Source: the human T2T-CHM13v2.0 reference genome, Homo sapiens | DNA length: 64,000 nucleotides | NCBI RefSeq assembly: GCF_009914755.1 | Contig: NC_060933.1 | Direction: 5' to 3' (one strand) | In this document: piece after piece, positions 11,222 through 26,015 of the stretch | Layout: each line of letters begins with the position of its first letter | Position numbering within the stretch: the first letter of the stretch is position 1 | Made by a program: the position numbers and the translations under genes | The notes under the pieces: generated by a model | What the model was told of the DNA's origin: nothing | Database searches by the model: none | The model's input: the letters and a program-made list of their open reading frames with translations, nothing else

Positions 11222-14200
11222 TTGAGGGAATTATTGATTAATTCTCTATATGACTGCTTTGTCCATGATCAATGTTGCAAATCTCTCTGGCCGTGGCTTA
11301 TCTTTTACAAATGTATTACTTTATTTCTATTTACTTGTGTTCTGAATGTATAACACAGCCATGTGATTGGGAAATTAAAATGCTTTAGGGTTCACATCTG
11401 TCAGCTTCCAGCCTATCCCTCTATTTGTATGAACCGCAGAATATGTGTCTTAAGTGACCTTTACTATCATCTCCATTTTATTTTATGGATGAGGACACGG
11501 ACCTATGCAGGTGTGTCCTACCTATCTAGTGTGCACAGCTGAGTCGGGGTCTCTGTGCAGCCCCTGTGGCTCGCTGAGGTCACACTACACATAGCCCAAG
11601 GTTCTAGGATGTCCTGGGCTCCCACAAGCTGGGCTTCACCACCTGCTCCAGGTGACAATAGAAATTTCAGGTGGGTTGCATTGTTGGGACAACATATTTT
11701 TTTAATGTGGAAAATGAACTAAAGGGTAAAACAAAATTGGCTTGTCTCCAATTTGGAAGTGGGGTGAGGAGAGGCCCAAAGAAAACAGAAGAACAGAAAC
11801 ACCTTCCTACCAGTGTCCCTAGCTCTCCTTTAGCTGTCTTCCTATGCAAACACCTAGAGACACTGGACTAACAGTGGCCATATAGTTCAAATACAACCAG
11901 TTACTGGTTCTTTCTCCACAGCCAAACCTCAGAGCTAATTAAAGTTGTTGTGTGGGAATGTAAAAGTTTTTCATTCTGGCATTTATCTCAGGGTTCTTGG
12001 AAATTTCTCCAGAAATGAAAAAAGAATCAAAACAAAAGAATTAACAGAAGGTGTATTGGTTTAAGTGCATTCTTAAAATGTGAATTTATAGGAGGAAGTT
12101 GAGATGTGGAATTTTCTCCAGTCCTTGAGCAGGTGAGCTGCTTCCTCAAGTGTTTCCTGACCCATCTCTTCCCTCCCTGGACCACAGACAGCCTCAGCTC
12201 CATTCTGTAGACACAGAACCTTTGGGAGGGCAGGGCCATTGCCCTTATGAGGCTTGCACATGGAGGTCCATAACCCATCTCCCTTCTTGAGGACCAAATT
12301 GCAGTTCTCCTGGTAACAGCCTTACTGTCTGTCTATGCTAAAAAAGTCCACTGTTTGCCTAGGGATGGGGTGGAGATTGTAAGGGGTCAACATGGATGTC
12401 TAGAGTTGGGGTGGGGCCCACTTGGGTTCACAGTGGATTCCTGGAGACAGGAATGGAGGGCGTGACAGGAGAGAGGAGAGACTGTTCAGGATCCAGTAAA
12501 CTCCTGGAGTTGGAACCTATACGGTCCGGGGTCACGGTGGATGCCTGGAGACTAGCTGGGTATGGTGCAGGTCATGTTGGTGCCACTGTGTGCCTCTCAG
12601 GGATCTCTGCATGGACAGGGCCAACATGAAGTAAACACTGGAAACCCTCTTCCCAGTGGGTGTAGACGTGAGGTTCCTTCTCTTTGGGTTGTCTGACATC
12701 CCTATGTTGCTGGATGCTCTAAGGCTCTGAAAAATAATGGGGGATTTATTTTGTGTTTTCCCCAACCTTGAGGCCAAGGCCCATGGAACCAATCTAGGGC
12801 AGAGACAGAACAGATCTTGTGGACCCAGGAGGCTCTGGACTCTTTCTCACCGAGGTGAAGAGAAGGAGAGGGGCAAGGGCCGTCTTCTAAGTGAGGAGAT
12901 TTCATTTGGCGCATGTAGGTCAGCAGGGCCGTCTTCTGACTGAATCACAGCTTCCTGTGTCTTTGAAATAGGGTCTAGAAACGAGCTTGTCACATTTGCT
13001 TCTCCCTCAAATGCTCAAAGGTGCAGGGCTGCCCTAAAGGTCCAAAGGCTACTCCAAGGACAGCTTGTGGACTGGGCTCTGGGCTCCCAGGCCAGCGCAT
13101 CTGGACTCAGGGCTGGACAGCAGCCATCCAACGCAGGTATGTGTGGTGTGTCCAACTCCAGGATCCCACTACCCATTTGAACACCGTGCTGTGGGCTTAC
13201 TTTGTTTAGAGTTAAGTGAGCAAACCACAGTGAAAGTGAAAGTACTCCTTGGATAACATTCTAGATCTGACTTTTTCCCTTTTTTCAAAACAGGCAGCTA
13301 GATTGGAAATTATGCAGAATAAACCATAAGAAAAACATGTACAGAGCCAAGCAGCTGACTGGAAATAGGATTCCAGTCTCATCAGTAAGCACTTAATTGT
13401 GTGTCCACCGCCGCAGCTGTTGCTGGGAGTTTACTGGGAGGTCCTGTCTTCACAGATATCTGGAAGTGAAACTTGTCATCCATTTCTCCTAACTTCTTGC
13501 TGAAAACATTTACATCCTTAAGATGGGACATTCAGTGTTCCTGTTTGGATTTGGGGGTATGGAGGAGAGGTCTCCAGATTTCAGGGTCCCAGCTACATCA
13601 TATCAGTGCCCAAGGCCATGTCCACACCATTGGGTGGATGTGACAGGCCAAGTCAAGGGGGACCAATGACACCAATTTTTAGTGTCACTACAGAGTTGAT
13701 GGAGTGCTCCCAGGGAGCTTCTGCACTGACTTCAGCTTGTTGAAGGCAAGGTAAAGGCCTGAGAGGCTCGGGGTCTTGTCTGAGGTCTTCAGCCACATGT
13801 CACAAGGCTGTCCTGTGCTCCGGAGCTGCTAGCACTCACAAGACGAGGGTCTGCTGTGCCCTAGCTGGGGCCCTCTTAGTGGCTCAGGGTGGCTGCAGCT
13901 TCTATCGGGACCCCAGTGGGGCCTGGGGCTGAGTTTCTCAATCAATGTGTTGCCCAACAGGCCCCAGTGCTGCAGCAGGGCTACCCTCTGCCACTGTTCT
14001 CCTCCCTTTCACTGGTGGTGAAATGGTCACTGTGCTCCTTAAGAGTCCTAGGTTGCCTCTCTATCCTTGGAGTTCAAAGGGGCTTGAGAAACCATCCGGT
14101 ACAACTTCTCATTTAACAAAAGGGTTGAAAGCATCATGGAACTCTGACTAAATTAGCCCTGGCAGCAGCTTGCCCATGGCTGCCTCCTTTCTTTTGTTGC

Positions 14201-14544
14201 ATTTCTTTGTGTTGGTAGAGGGAAGCACAGGCACATGCAGGATAACTCCCTTGTCTTTCGTGGCATGGCTGTGCACCGTCACGTCATGCTCCTGCACCAC
14301 GGCCACCTACACTGTGAATCTGATGTCCACACCAAGGGCCGATGATCATGTGGCGCTCATTTTCAGCGGTGAGCACAGGGGTGGCAGTGCCAGGGTCCCC
14401 AGGCCCAGCCACAGGGTAAGTGCTCGTTTCCAGGCACCCTCCCTTTCCTCCCTGGTCACTCCCTCTGCCTGGGAGCCCCTTTCCCTGGACTGCTGGTAAT
14501 CCTACTCTTTGCCCTGAAGCCCCCCAGTCATGCTTATCTACAAA

Positions 14545-14765
14545 CATAGCCACACACACACACACATGCATTCCACTTACATACCACATGCACCTGCATG
14601 TGCACACACATGTGTACACATACACCACACATACCACATGCACACACACAGGAGCTTGCACACACTACACACATACCACACATCACACCTCCACACACAC
14701 CCCACATGTATCCACAAACATATGCATACAACACACACTTACACACACACATGCATACACACATA
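14545..14765. repeat. CA-rich low-complexity tract
   Basis: Degenerate (CA)n/(CACATG)n; source of spurious His/Thr-rich ORFs. Confidence 0.9.
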
Positions 14766-14994
14766 GCATTCTTCTAGTCATAGATCAAACACAACTAGAG
14801 AACAATGAATGTGTGTGTATGTATATGTGCACATGTATGTGCCTTTTAATAATTTAAATTAATCACATTAATAGGTCTTAATCCTGTTACAAACTTTTGC
14901 ATGTTAAAAAGTCAACTAATTAGCCCAAAGCTATGATTATTTTGCATAAATTTGGAAAGTAGTCATTTTTAGCTAGTTTGCTGACTGTTTTACA

Positions 14995-15330
14995 AAGTTT
15001 TATTTAATGTAAGTATCATAGGCTTACATGGTAAAAATTCAGAGAGTACAGAAGGAAATGAAGAAACAGAAAAGTTTCTTTCGTGAACTTCCCTCCACTC
15101 TCAGCTCTAGTCCCTCCACTCAAAGGGAGACATTACTTAACAGCCTCCTATGTAAACCTCCAGAGAAATGTTGTACATATGCCCATGTGTGTCTATGCTG
15201 CAAAAATCCACACTCACTGAATGATTTTACACCATTGTTCACAATGTTTAGCCACTTGCTTTTTTACTTAATAATTTAGCTTTGAGTTTCATCTACATTC
15301 ATAACATACGTATCAACCGAAGTGTTCAAT
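14995..15330 (-). mobile_element. Old L1ME-type 3' fragment
   Basis: catggtaaaaattcagagagtacaga...ccacttgcttttttacttaataattt pattern. Confidence 0.5.
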
Positions 15331-15434
15331 AAATATGTTAATAAATAACCGAATTTTCATCATGTTTAAAATGTGCAATATTTTCTGCACATGTAAATTA
15401 TATCTCAAACACATGGTTAAAAAAGCAAAATTCT

Positions 15435-16150
<716 letters not shown>

Positions 16151-16654
16151 TCCACTCAGTTTTCTTTGTGGTTGTTCATCTTTGTCTCAGGGATTTGTAT
16201 AATCACCTTGGGAAAACAATAGCTACTTGTCAAATATGTCAGATTTTTTTTTTTTTTACAGACCACTATTTTTTTGCAACTTTGCTCCCCTATACAGACT
16301 TTAATTTTTTCATGTGGTCTCATGTTTTCATCTTTCCCATATTGGCTTTGCCTAAGGGTTCTTCTTTTAACAGTGGGGCAACTTGCTTTTGGTGTTCTTG
16401 TCTTGTTCTATTTATGCTCCTCCAATGCTGGAATAACCATTTGGAAGCTAACGTCTTGATACTTTGCTCTTTAACGATTACTGGCTGCTCATATGAAGTA
16501 AAAGACTTGCCAAAAAGCACTGAGACAAACAATGGCTTTAACTTTTAAATAGGAAAAAATATGGTCTCTCTTGTTCCTAGAGGCATTCTAGAAGACAGGG
16601 GCTGTTTCTTCTATTTTCTCTGATCCCACATGGGTTCATAAAAGTGTTTAAAAA

Positions 16655-17825
16655 ATAGTTGTTAGAAATTAAAGAAGACCTAAATAAATGGAAAGACATT
16701 CCATGCCATAGCTAGAAATACTCAACAGTGTCCCAGGCACCTAAAGCGATCCATAGACCCACAGATCCCTATCAACATTCCAACGGCCATTTTGCGGAAA
16801 TGGAAAAACTAATCCTTAAATTAATATGGAATTGCAAGAGGAACCTGAGTAGCCAAAAAATCTTAAAAAGGAAAAACAGAGTTGGCAAACTCACATTTCC
16901 TGATTTAAAACGATATAATAACCAAAATAGACATCAAGATTGATGGAACATATTTGAGATTTCAGAAATAAACTCACATTTATGGTAACTGATTTTCAAC
17001 AAGGATGTCAAATGTGTTCAGTGGAGAAAGAATATTCTCTTTAAACAATGGTGCTGGGACAACAGGGTACCCACATGCAAAAGATGTACAAAAATCAACT
17101 CAGAATGAATTAGCAGCCAAAACAGAAGAGCTAAAACCATAAAACAGAAGAAAACACAAGAGTACATCTTTAAGATCTAATATTTAGCGATGCCTTCTTA
17201 GATATGTCACCAAAAGCATGAATGACAAAAGAAAAAAATAGATTAGACTTCATCAAAATTAAAAACTTTTGGGCATCAAAGGACATAATCAAGATAGTGA
17301 AAATAAAACCTACAAAATGGGAGAAAATACTTGGATAAACAAAAACATATAATAACTATTATCCAGAAACAAAGGAAATGCCTTTCTGATACATTCAGCA
17401 ACATGAATGAAACTTGAACACATAACGTCAAGTGAAATAAGCCAGACACAAAAGAAAAAAAGGATGATATGATTTCATTTATATGGACTATCTAGAATAG
17501 GCAAATTCATAGAGACAGAAATTAGACTCGAGGTTACTAGGGGCTGAGAGGAGGAGAGAATGGGGAGTTACTGCTTCATGGATACATAGTTTCTGTTTGG
17601 AGTGATGAAAAAGTTTTGGAAATAGTGGTGAGGATTGCACAACGGTGGGCATATAATTAATGTCACTGAATTGTACACTTACAATGGCTAAAATGGCAAA
17701 TGTTACATTTTATTTTACCACAGTTTTGAAAATTAATAGTGTACTATACCAAAATCACTGATTGACACTTTACCTGGGTGAACTGTTTGGTATGTGAATT
17801 ATATCTCAACAAAGCTGTTAAAAAT
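16655..17825 (+). mobile_element. L1MB-type (L1MB4/5-like) ORF2 3' part and 3' UTR, with deletions
   Basis: aaagaagacctaaataaatggaaagacattcca; ORF 16728-16943 FAEMEKLILKLIWNCK...ILKRKNRVGKLTFPDLK is L1 ORF2; ends gtgaattatatctcaacaaagctgttaaaaa. Confidence 0.88.
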
Positions 17826-17833
17826 TATTTTTG

Positions 17834-18100
<267 letters not shown>

Positions 18101-18179
18101 TTATTTTTGATCTGGCCTGGCCACTAACTCTCAGTCATTTCAGATTTCATGACTTCCTCGTAGAGATATTTAGCAAAAA

Positions 18180-18432
18180 TAATCATCCTATGTTTATGTT
18201 TTCTTCTAAGAGTTTTATGGTTTTAGCTGTTCTGTTTAGGCTGCTGATTCATTTGGAGTTACTTTTTGTTCATATTCTGCATGTGGATTATCTGTTGTCC
18301 CAGCACCATCTTTTGAAGAGAATATTCTTTACCCATTGAATAAGGATGCATTTGGCATCCTTGTTGAAAATCAATTAACCATAGGTGGATGAGTTTATTT
18401 CTAAACTCTCTATTATATCCCTTTGATCTGGT
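18180..18432 (-). mobile_element. L1M ORF2 fragment, inverted homolog of about 16930-17165
   Basis: Reverse complement aligns along about 200 bp with the upstream L1MB. Confidence 0.85.
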
Positions 18433-19219
18433 GAGAAAGATATAGACCTCTTATGTTCAGAGTTAAAAAGAAACCCTTGGGAAACTTGCTGGTGTTTCAG
18501 GACACCCTCTTTGTCACCCGCTCTTTGGAATACAGCACATTGGGACTGTCGGTCGTATTACCACCTGGGACCTCAGGTCAACTCTCAGGGCCTTGATTAC
18601 TTCATTAGCAAAGTCAGTGGCTGAGAACAGGGGTGTCTTCATCTCCAGAATTTTGTGTTGCAGCAGTAAGCAGAGAGCTGAGAAGCCCCCAGCCAACACC
18701 TCCTTTCCATCAGCTCCTCCACTCGGCTTTCACTCTTGCACCTGGCAGTGACAGGGACTTGATGTCCTGTGTTGTGGCAGTGAGGGTCCTAGTGGTCCAT
18801 CACCCTGGAGTTTCCTCCCATTCCTTTGCCCCATCTCAGCCAGCCACCCACAGGCAGGCACAGGTACTCACACTGCCTGCCTCACAGTGGGGAAGATTAA
18901 GGCAGGCCCCCAGTATAGCTGGGCTGGCATATCCTTGAGAGGGCTTCAGTCAGAAATAGTTTTGTTCTCTCAAACTTGGCCTTGGCAATAGTCAATTTTT
19001 CTTACATGCAGGATAAATTGGATTTATCTTCAAAGTTAGCCAGCAATGCTAAATGCTGGTTAAAAAGCAGTTCTCTGCTGGGGTAGAGAAAGCAAGTTCC
19101 CATGTGTCTCAACCCATGTGAAAGAGGGAAGAGAGAATGTTTCCATCCAGGGTGGTTCATTCACATAAGGGTGACAGCATTCAGGATATAGGGTACCGAA
19201 CACAAGGGTTTTTAGTTGT

Positions 19220-19855
19220 GTTTTTTTTTTCCGTGTGTTTATGATATAATTTATGCACCATACAATTCACTCATTTCAAGTGTGCGATTTAATGACTTTT
19301 AATGTATTCATAGAGTTGTGTATCTATCATTACAGTTCGCTTGAGAACATTTGCATTATGTCAAAACAAAGAACCCTCCCCCTCTTTCCCACCTCAGCCC
19401 TAGGCAATCACTCTTCCACCTTCGGATTCTAGGGATTTGCCTCTTCTGGAGATTTTCCTGAAATAGTTTCATACAACATGTGGTCTTTGATGACTGGCTT
19501 CTTTAACTTAGCAGAATGTTTTTAAGGATCATCCATGCTGTAGCATCTTCACCCCTTTTTCATGCCAAACAATATCCCATTGTGTGGATCTATCACCTTT
19601 TATTTATTCATTCATCAGTTGATGAACATTGGATGCTATCTACTTGTTCACAATTGTGAACAATACCCCTTTGAACTTTGTGCACACATTTTTGTGGGGA
19701 TACACGTTCTAACTTCTCCTGGGTATATACATAGGTGTAACATTTCTTGGTCATGTGGTAACTCTATGTCTAACCATTTGAGGAGCTGGTAGGCTGTTTT
19801 CTAAAGCAGCTGTATTACTTCACATTCACATGCACCAGCAGTGCATGAGGGGTGC
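19220..19855 (-). mobile_element. L1MB-type 3' end
   Basis: atacaattcactcatttcaagtgtg...gactggcttctttaacttagcagaatg...ggtaactctatgtctaaccatttgagg. Confidence 0.85.
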
Positions 19856-19886
19856 AATCTCAAACAGTCCTTAAAATACAAAGCCA

Positions 19887-20266
19887 GTACATATACAGCA
19901 TGAAATACTACGCAGCCATAAATAGGAACGAGATCATGTCCTTTGCAAGGACATGGATGGAGCTGGAAGCCATTCTTAGCAAACTAACACAGGAACAGAA
20001 AACCAAACACAGCATATTCTCACTTATAACTGAGAGCTGAACAATGAGAACACAGGGACACAGGGAGGGGAACAACACACACTGGGGTCTGTGGTTAGGG
20101 GCAGGTGGAGGGAGAGCATCAGGATAAATGGCTAATGCATGCTGGGCTTAATACCTAGGTGATGGGTTGATAGGTGCGCAAAACACCATGGCACATGTTT
20201 ACCTGTGTAACAAAGCTGCACGTCCTGCACATGTATCCCAGAACTTAAAATAAAAATAAAATAAAA
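19887..20266 (+). mobile_element. L1PA (about PA11-PA13) 3' end
   Basis: gagatcatgtcctttgca...ggagggagagcatcaggataaatggctaatgcatgctgggcttaatacctagg...cccagaacttaaaataaaa. Confidence 0.9.
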
Positions 20267-20282
20267 TTATTTTTTTTTTTAA

Positions 20283-20740
20283 AAAGCCACTTTGTTTAGA
20301 AAACAGTTGGTTAGATCCTCACAATGTTAAACACAGTAACCATATGACTCAGCAATTCCACTGCTAGGTATACATGAAGAGAAATTAAACACACAACCAT
20401 GCAAAAACCTGTAAATGGGTATTAATAGAAACATTATTAATCATAGCCAAAAAGTGAGAGAAGCTAGTCACAAAAGCCACTTCTATGAGGTAATAGGGGA
20501 GTCAAATTCACAGACAGTGGAGTAGGCGTTGCTGGGGCTGGAGAAGGCAAAGTGCAGAGGAAGGAGGAGCCACTGCTAGTGGGTACGAGGTTTCTTCTTG
20601 GTACAAGGTAATGAAATTGTTCTAAAATTAGAAAGCAGTGATAATTGCATAGCTTTGTAAATATACTCAAAACGGTTGAACCATACACTTTACAAAGGTG
20701 AACTTTATGGTATGTCAACTGTAAATCAATAAAGCTGCTG
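20283..20740 (+). mobile_element. Old L1MB/L1MC 3' end
   Basis: catatgactcagcaattccactgctagg...gaactttatggtatgtcaactgtaaatcaataaagctg. Confidence 0.8.
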
Positions 20741-21502
20741 AGAAAGAGGGGGAGCTCAGCTTCATTACTCTGTTTTTCCAGCATTAGGCTTTTCCCTGGA
20801 CACTAAGGATTTAGTTAGTCTCTCTCTCTCTCACACACACACACATATGTACACATCCTCACCCATGTATTACAATCTTCTCCTTTTCTCTTCATCCTTC
20901 AAAAATATCAATCAAATGGAAAGTGAGGTTCCCAGTGTAGAGACACTGCCAATCCTACTGAGATCTCAAATAGGTGGAGGCAGAGGAAGGTGGCTGTTAG
21001 GGCTTCACTTTCCAGTAACCACAGGGCAGTAGGAGCTCACATGAGCCCACCTCCTCCTATGAGAAATTCATGAAGATGTGGATAAAATGTGATGCCTCAA
21101 AAATACGCACAAGAGCCCAGCAGCAAAAGCATAAAGAGCACTGAGCCCTGGAGTGGCAAACTCCAGCTGCTGCCCGCAATCTCTAGGCGCTGGTCAGGCG
21201 TGGAGTCCATTCGGGGGTGGAGTCCATCCGGGCAGGCTTCAGAGAGGGACATGGCCGCCTTGTTCACTGTGAGACACAGTAGCAGAGGTAAGAAGCCACA
21301 TTTGCTCATTTCTGCTGGCCAGCATAATTCCACAAAGCCCCTGACACTGTGACAACGTGGAGCTCTCTGGTGGGTTGCTTTGAAGACAAAACAGAATAGA
21401 GCACAGAGCACCTCCATGTCTCTCACCTGAGTCCCTACATTCCTATAGTCAAAACACACATGATCCTAGTCCTTGCCTTTTCCTACACATAAAATAATGT
21501 CC

Positions 21503-21656
21503 AGTTGGGCGTGGTGGCATATGCCTATAGTCTCAGCTACTCAGAAGGCTGAAGTGGGAGGATCACTTGAGCCCAGGAGGCTGAGGCTGCAGTGAGTCGT
21601 GATTGCGCCACTGCACTCCAGCCTGGGTGACAGGGGGAGACTCTGTCTCAGAAAAG
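21503..21656 (+). mobile_element. FRAM / AluJ right monomer
   Basis: gggcgtggtggcatatgcctatagtctcagctac...gaggctgcagtgag; TSD aaaataatgtc at 21491-21501 and 21657-21667. Confidence 0.88.
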
Positions 21657-21669
21657 AAAATAATGTCTG

Positions 21670-21967
21670 ACCAGTGAGTGATTATGCCTCTGTAAAGTAT
21701 AACCTGTAAGTGTACTCTTACACTTAAGCCTTGATTTGGCTCTGCTTTAATATAACTTCTGAGCAAGTTTGATGGGATTTTGCTCGTACTGAATCCTTAC
21801 CACCTGTATCTGAGCTATGGGCTGAAACCCTGGCCAGAGCCATTGATAGATCCTCTCTAAAGAGCTGCTCCCAGGCTATTGGCTTCTGTGTGTAGCCCTC
21901 GACGAGACTTCTGAATAAAACTCACTTTAATTCTTTAAAAGCTTGATTATTTTACCTTTAGTCGACA
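21670..21967 (+). mobile_element. Probable ERV LTR 3' half (family not assigned)
   Basis: aataaa at about 21915 followed by a U5-like end ttctttaaaagcttgattattttacctttagtcgaca terminating in CA. Confidence 0.5.
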
Positions 21968-22249
21968 CTAGCAAGGAGCAGGCGGGAGCTGTGTCCCATG
22001 AAGGCAGGGCTGCAGGCGCTGCCGCTTCGGTGATGGGACTGAGCACTCTGCCCAGTGGGCCAGCAATACGGCCAGGACACATGGCTCCGTCCAGGCATCT
22101 GTGTGGAAAACAAGACCAGGCCCAAAGAGAAGACCAGGGCTTGGCGAGGGTGAAGGGCTGAGCGAAGTGGGAACAGCCGTACACGTGCGTGTCTCACAGA
22201 CACGAAGCCCTCATGTCATAAAATCCTGGTTTGTTGCGATGAAACTGAA

Positions 22250-22720
22250 AATGCTACATGGCAATTGCAGAGGGCAAAATACTTAGCATTGAATGACACT
22301 GAAAATACCCCTGCGTCAGGGCATGTGGGATGCAGCTAGAGGTGTGTGGAGAGGAACATGAAGCCAAAAAAGAAATACGGACATTCACAGGCCAAGATCC
22401 AACTCAGAAGACTAGAAAATGAACAACCCAGCAAACTTAGGAGATGGGGAAGGAAGGGAATTCAGAAGGTGATAGCTGCAAGCATCGGCAGACCAGTCCT
22501 AGCAAAATGGAGTTTAAAAGGGGGTAAGTCACAAATAAACAACACTAGAAACGAAAGTCAAACATAACTACAGATAAAGATTTTTAAAATACAATCAATC
22601 TTGAAAATAGACAAAACGTAAGTTTTGAGTGGTTGGGAAAATCTAGGAGTACAAAAGTTACCCCTGATAATTCCTAATTTTAACCTAATTAGAAATTAAA
22701 CAATTGCTAACACAAAATTT
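22250..22720 (+). mobile_element. Old L1M ORF2 fragment
   Basis: gtgggatgcagctagag...caactcagaagactagaaaatgaacaac...cataactacagat. Confidence 0.55.
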
Positions 22721-22723
22721 TAA

Positions 22724-23184
<461 letters not shown>

Positions 23185-23474
23185 ACAAATTATTTTCTTT
23201 TAATTTTCAAAACAAATGAAGCTTCTGCCAAATTTGTAGATGCCTGGGTCTAGATGCCTCATTTAACTTTCTTCCCTTTCCTACACATCTTGTGCTAAGC
23301 AGCACTTATTTTATAAGATTTCTTAAAGGACCATGATTATTATACGATTATCTGTCCAGAATTACCCCCCTTTCCAACCTGTTTACCTGGTGCATGCTAT
23401 TATTCCTTTCTCCCTCCCTCCCTTCTTTCCTAATCCAGGGGTTATCCCTGCTGCAAGAATCGTTGCCATCTCTA

Positions 23475-23831
<357 letters not shown>

Positions 23832-24607
23832 TCATGTTCAGCAGTTTAGCAGGAAAATCTACTCATCCTGAAACTGCGTTTGAAACAGTAGGGTAGAATA
23901 GAATTTTCCTACTCCTGAGAAAAAAAAATAAACTTACAAACTCCCCTTGGCAGACTTCAAATACCTACTGCCCACTTGTTCTGGAGGCTCTGCATTGCTG
24001 GTAATATTACTTTGGAGAAATGAGATTCGTTCTTTCAGTGGGGTAGCAGGTTAGACCTCTATACATCTTACATGGGCGTTGGGCTTTAATCAGTACATGG
24101 GGCAAAAAATGACCTGCAGTTTCCTGAAGTTTCTCTTCAGGAATATTCTCCAACTTGGGGATTGCTACTCAATGAGTCTAGTACACTTATTTCTCTCGAC
24201 AGGGGTGAGAAGTCCCTTTCTTCACTGGAAGGCCCATACAATATGTGACCAAAATAGGCATTTTTAGGCCAAGAGAACCTATCCAGTGTTGTGACATGGC
24301 CTGTTATGAAAAATTAGTTGTGAGTGTGTCTACTGGTAAGAGAGTAAAAGGAATGCATTTAAAACCTGATTTCACTTGTGCCTCTGCCACTTTCTCATGG
24401 GATCTGTGGCTTTATTGAGGACTTTTTTCTAAGAATGTGAACAAACAAATTGTAATCATCAAACAATATAGGCAGTATAAATAAAATGCTTAAGATTCCT
24501 CTCATCCTTCCTCAATCTTCCTTCTCCAGGTCAGGAGACCTATGTCTTTCTCTATATTCTTACAAACATGTAATATGTAGAATGTCTGTTTTTATGTCAT
24601 TCATCAC

Positions 24608-25068
24608 TTTTTTTACATTTTTGTTTATAATTGTGGTAAAATACATATGATGTAGAATTTGCCATCTTAAGCATTTTTTAAATGTATAGTTGAGCAGTGT
24701 TAAGTATATACACACTGCTGTGCAACCAATCCCCAGGATGCTTTCACCTTGCAAGACTGAAATTCTATGTCTGCTAGATACTAACCACCTGTTTCCCCAC
24801 TGCCCCAGCCCCTGGGATCTACCCTTCGACATTCTGTCTCTGTGAATTTGACTTTTCTCTTATGAGTGGAATCATACAGTCTTTGTCATTTGGTGGCTGG
24901 CTTATTTCACTGAGCATAATGTCCTCAAGGTTCATCCATGTTACATAGCATATGTCAGAATTTCCATGTTTTTAAAGGCTGAATAATATTCCATTGTATG
25001 AATGGACCACATTTTGTTTCTCCACCCATCTGTCGATGGACACTTGGGTTGCTTCCATCTTTTGGCAA
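24608..25068 (-). mobile_element. L1MB (MB1-3-like) 3' end
   Basis: ttgtggtaaaatacatat...gcttatttcactgagcataatgtcctcaaggttcatccatg...gatggacacttgggttgcttcca. Confidence 0.88.
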
Positions 25069-25159
25069 GTCATTCCAGACCTTTGAACAGTATTTCTGGA
25101 AGAAAACTTTACCCAATCCAGTCAACTCTGGAAGTGAAGAGCATATCCTCCCATATCTT

Positions 25160-26015
25160 CCTGCATTTATTTATCCATAAGTGCATTCCGTTAGAGAGTA
25201 CCTAGTGAACGCCAGGCAATAGGGGGCTTGTTTCACAAAAGGCGGTAAAATGGACATGCTCCTGACATCATGAAACATGAATGGCTTAGATGGAATATAA
25301 AGTGAAGGAATAGGAGTGTGAGACAGGCTCTGAAAAAAATGGGCCATGTCAATGACAGAGACAATGGGAGGGTCAAGGATGGTATACTGAGAAGATGATA
25401 GTTAAGCTGAGACTGGTAGGGTATGGAGCAAGGCATGCACATGAGTGTTTTTGGTGTGGGTGCAGGGCTTCTCATTAGAGAAAATATGCTGAAGTGGAAA
25501 AAAGCATACAGAAGGCACAGAAGAGGCTGGCATGGCAGGTGCACAACGCAGGTGCCCTGCAGGGACAGTGGCATGAGATGGGCATGGAGGGGGAAGGGTG
25601 GACCAAGGTGTGAACTTGGAGGATATTCCATATGCAAAGCATATTCTGAAGAATTTAAGTGAGGATGTGGCAAGACTGTAGATATGTTACAAAATATTAA
25701 CGTGGGAGAAGAATAATTTGAAGGGGAACAGGAATGGAAGCAGGAAGGTCATTAGGTGGCTACTGCAACAGTCCAGGCATGAGATAAAGAAGGATGGATC
25801 TGGGGTTGCAGCAGTGGTACTGGGAAAAAGTGGGGGAACCTGAGATATATTTTGCAATTTAAATATATTTTAATTTTAATTTTAATATATTTAATGTAAT
25901 TTAATTTTAAATATAGTTTAATTTTATTTTTTAATTTTGCAATTAAAATGGGACTTGGGGGTGAATTGGAAGCAGGAAGTAAAGGAGGAAGGAGATGAAG
26001 ATGATGTCCTTCTTT
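25160..26015 (-). mobile_element. L2 LINE 3' region
   Basis: ggaagcaggaaggtcattaggtggctactgcaacagtccaggcatgagat is the reverse L2 hallmark; contains an AT-only insert at 25849-25944. Confidence 0.65.

Noticed and set aside
12876-12943. 13-bp direct repeat agggccgtcttct spaced 49 bp apart
   Set aside because: Only two copies with nothing recognisable between them; a small old duplication or chance.
19220-20740. Large inverted arrangement of L1 3' ends around an L1PA
   Set aside because: The arms look like different old L1M copies with no shared private changes seen; ordinary independent insertions.
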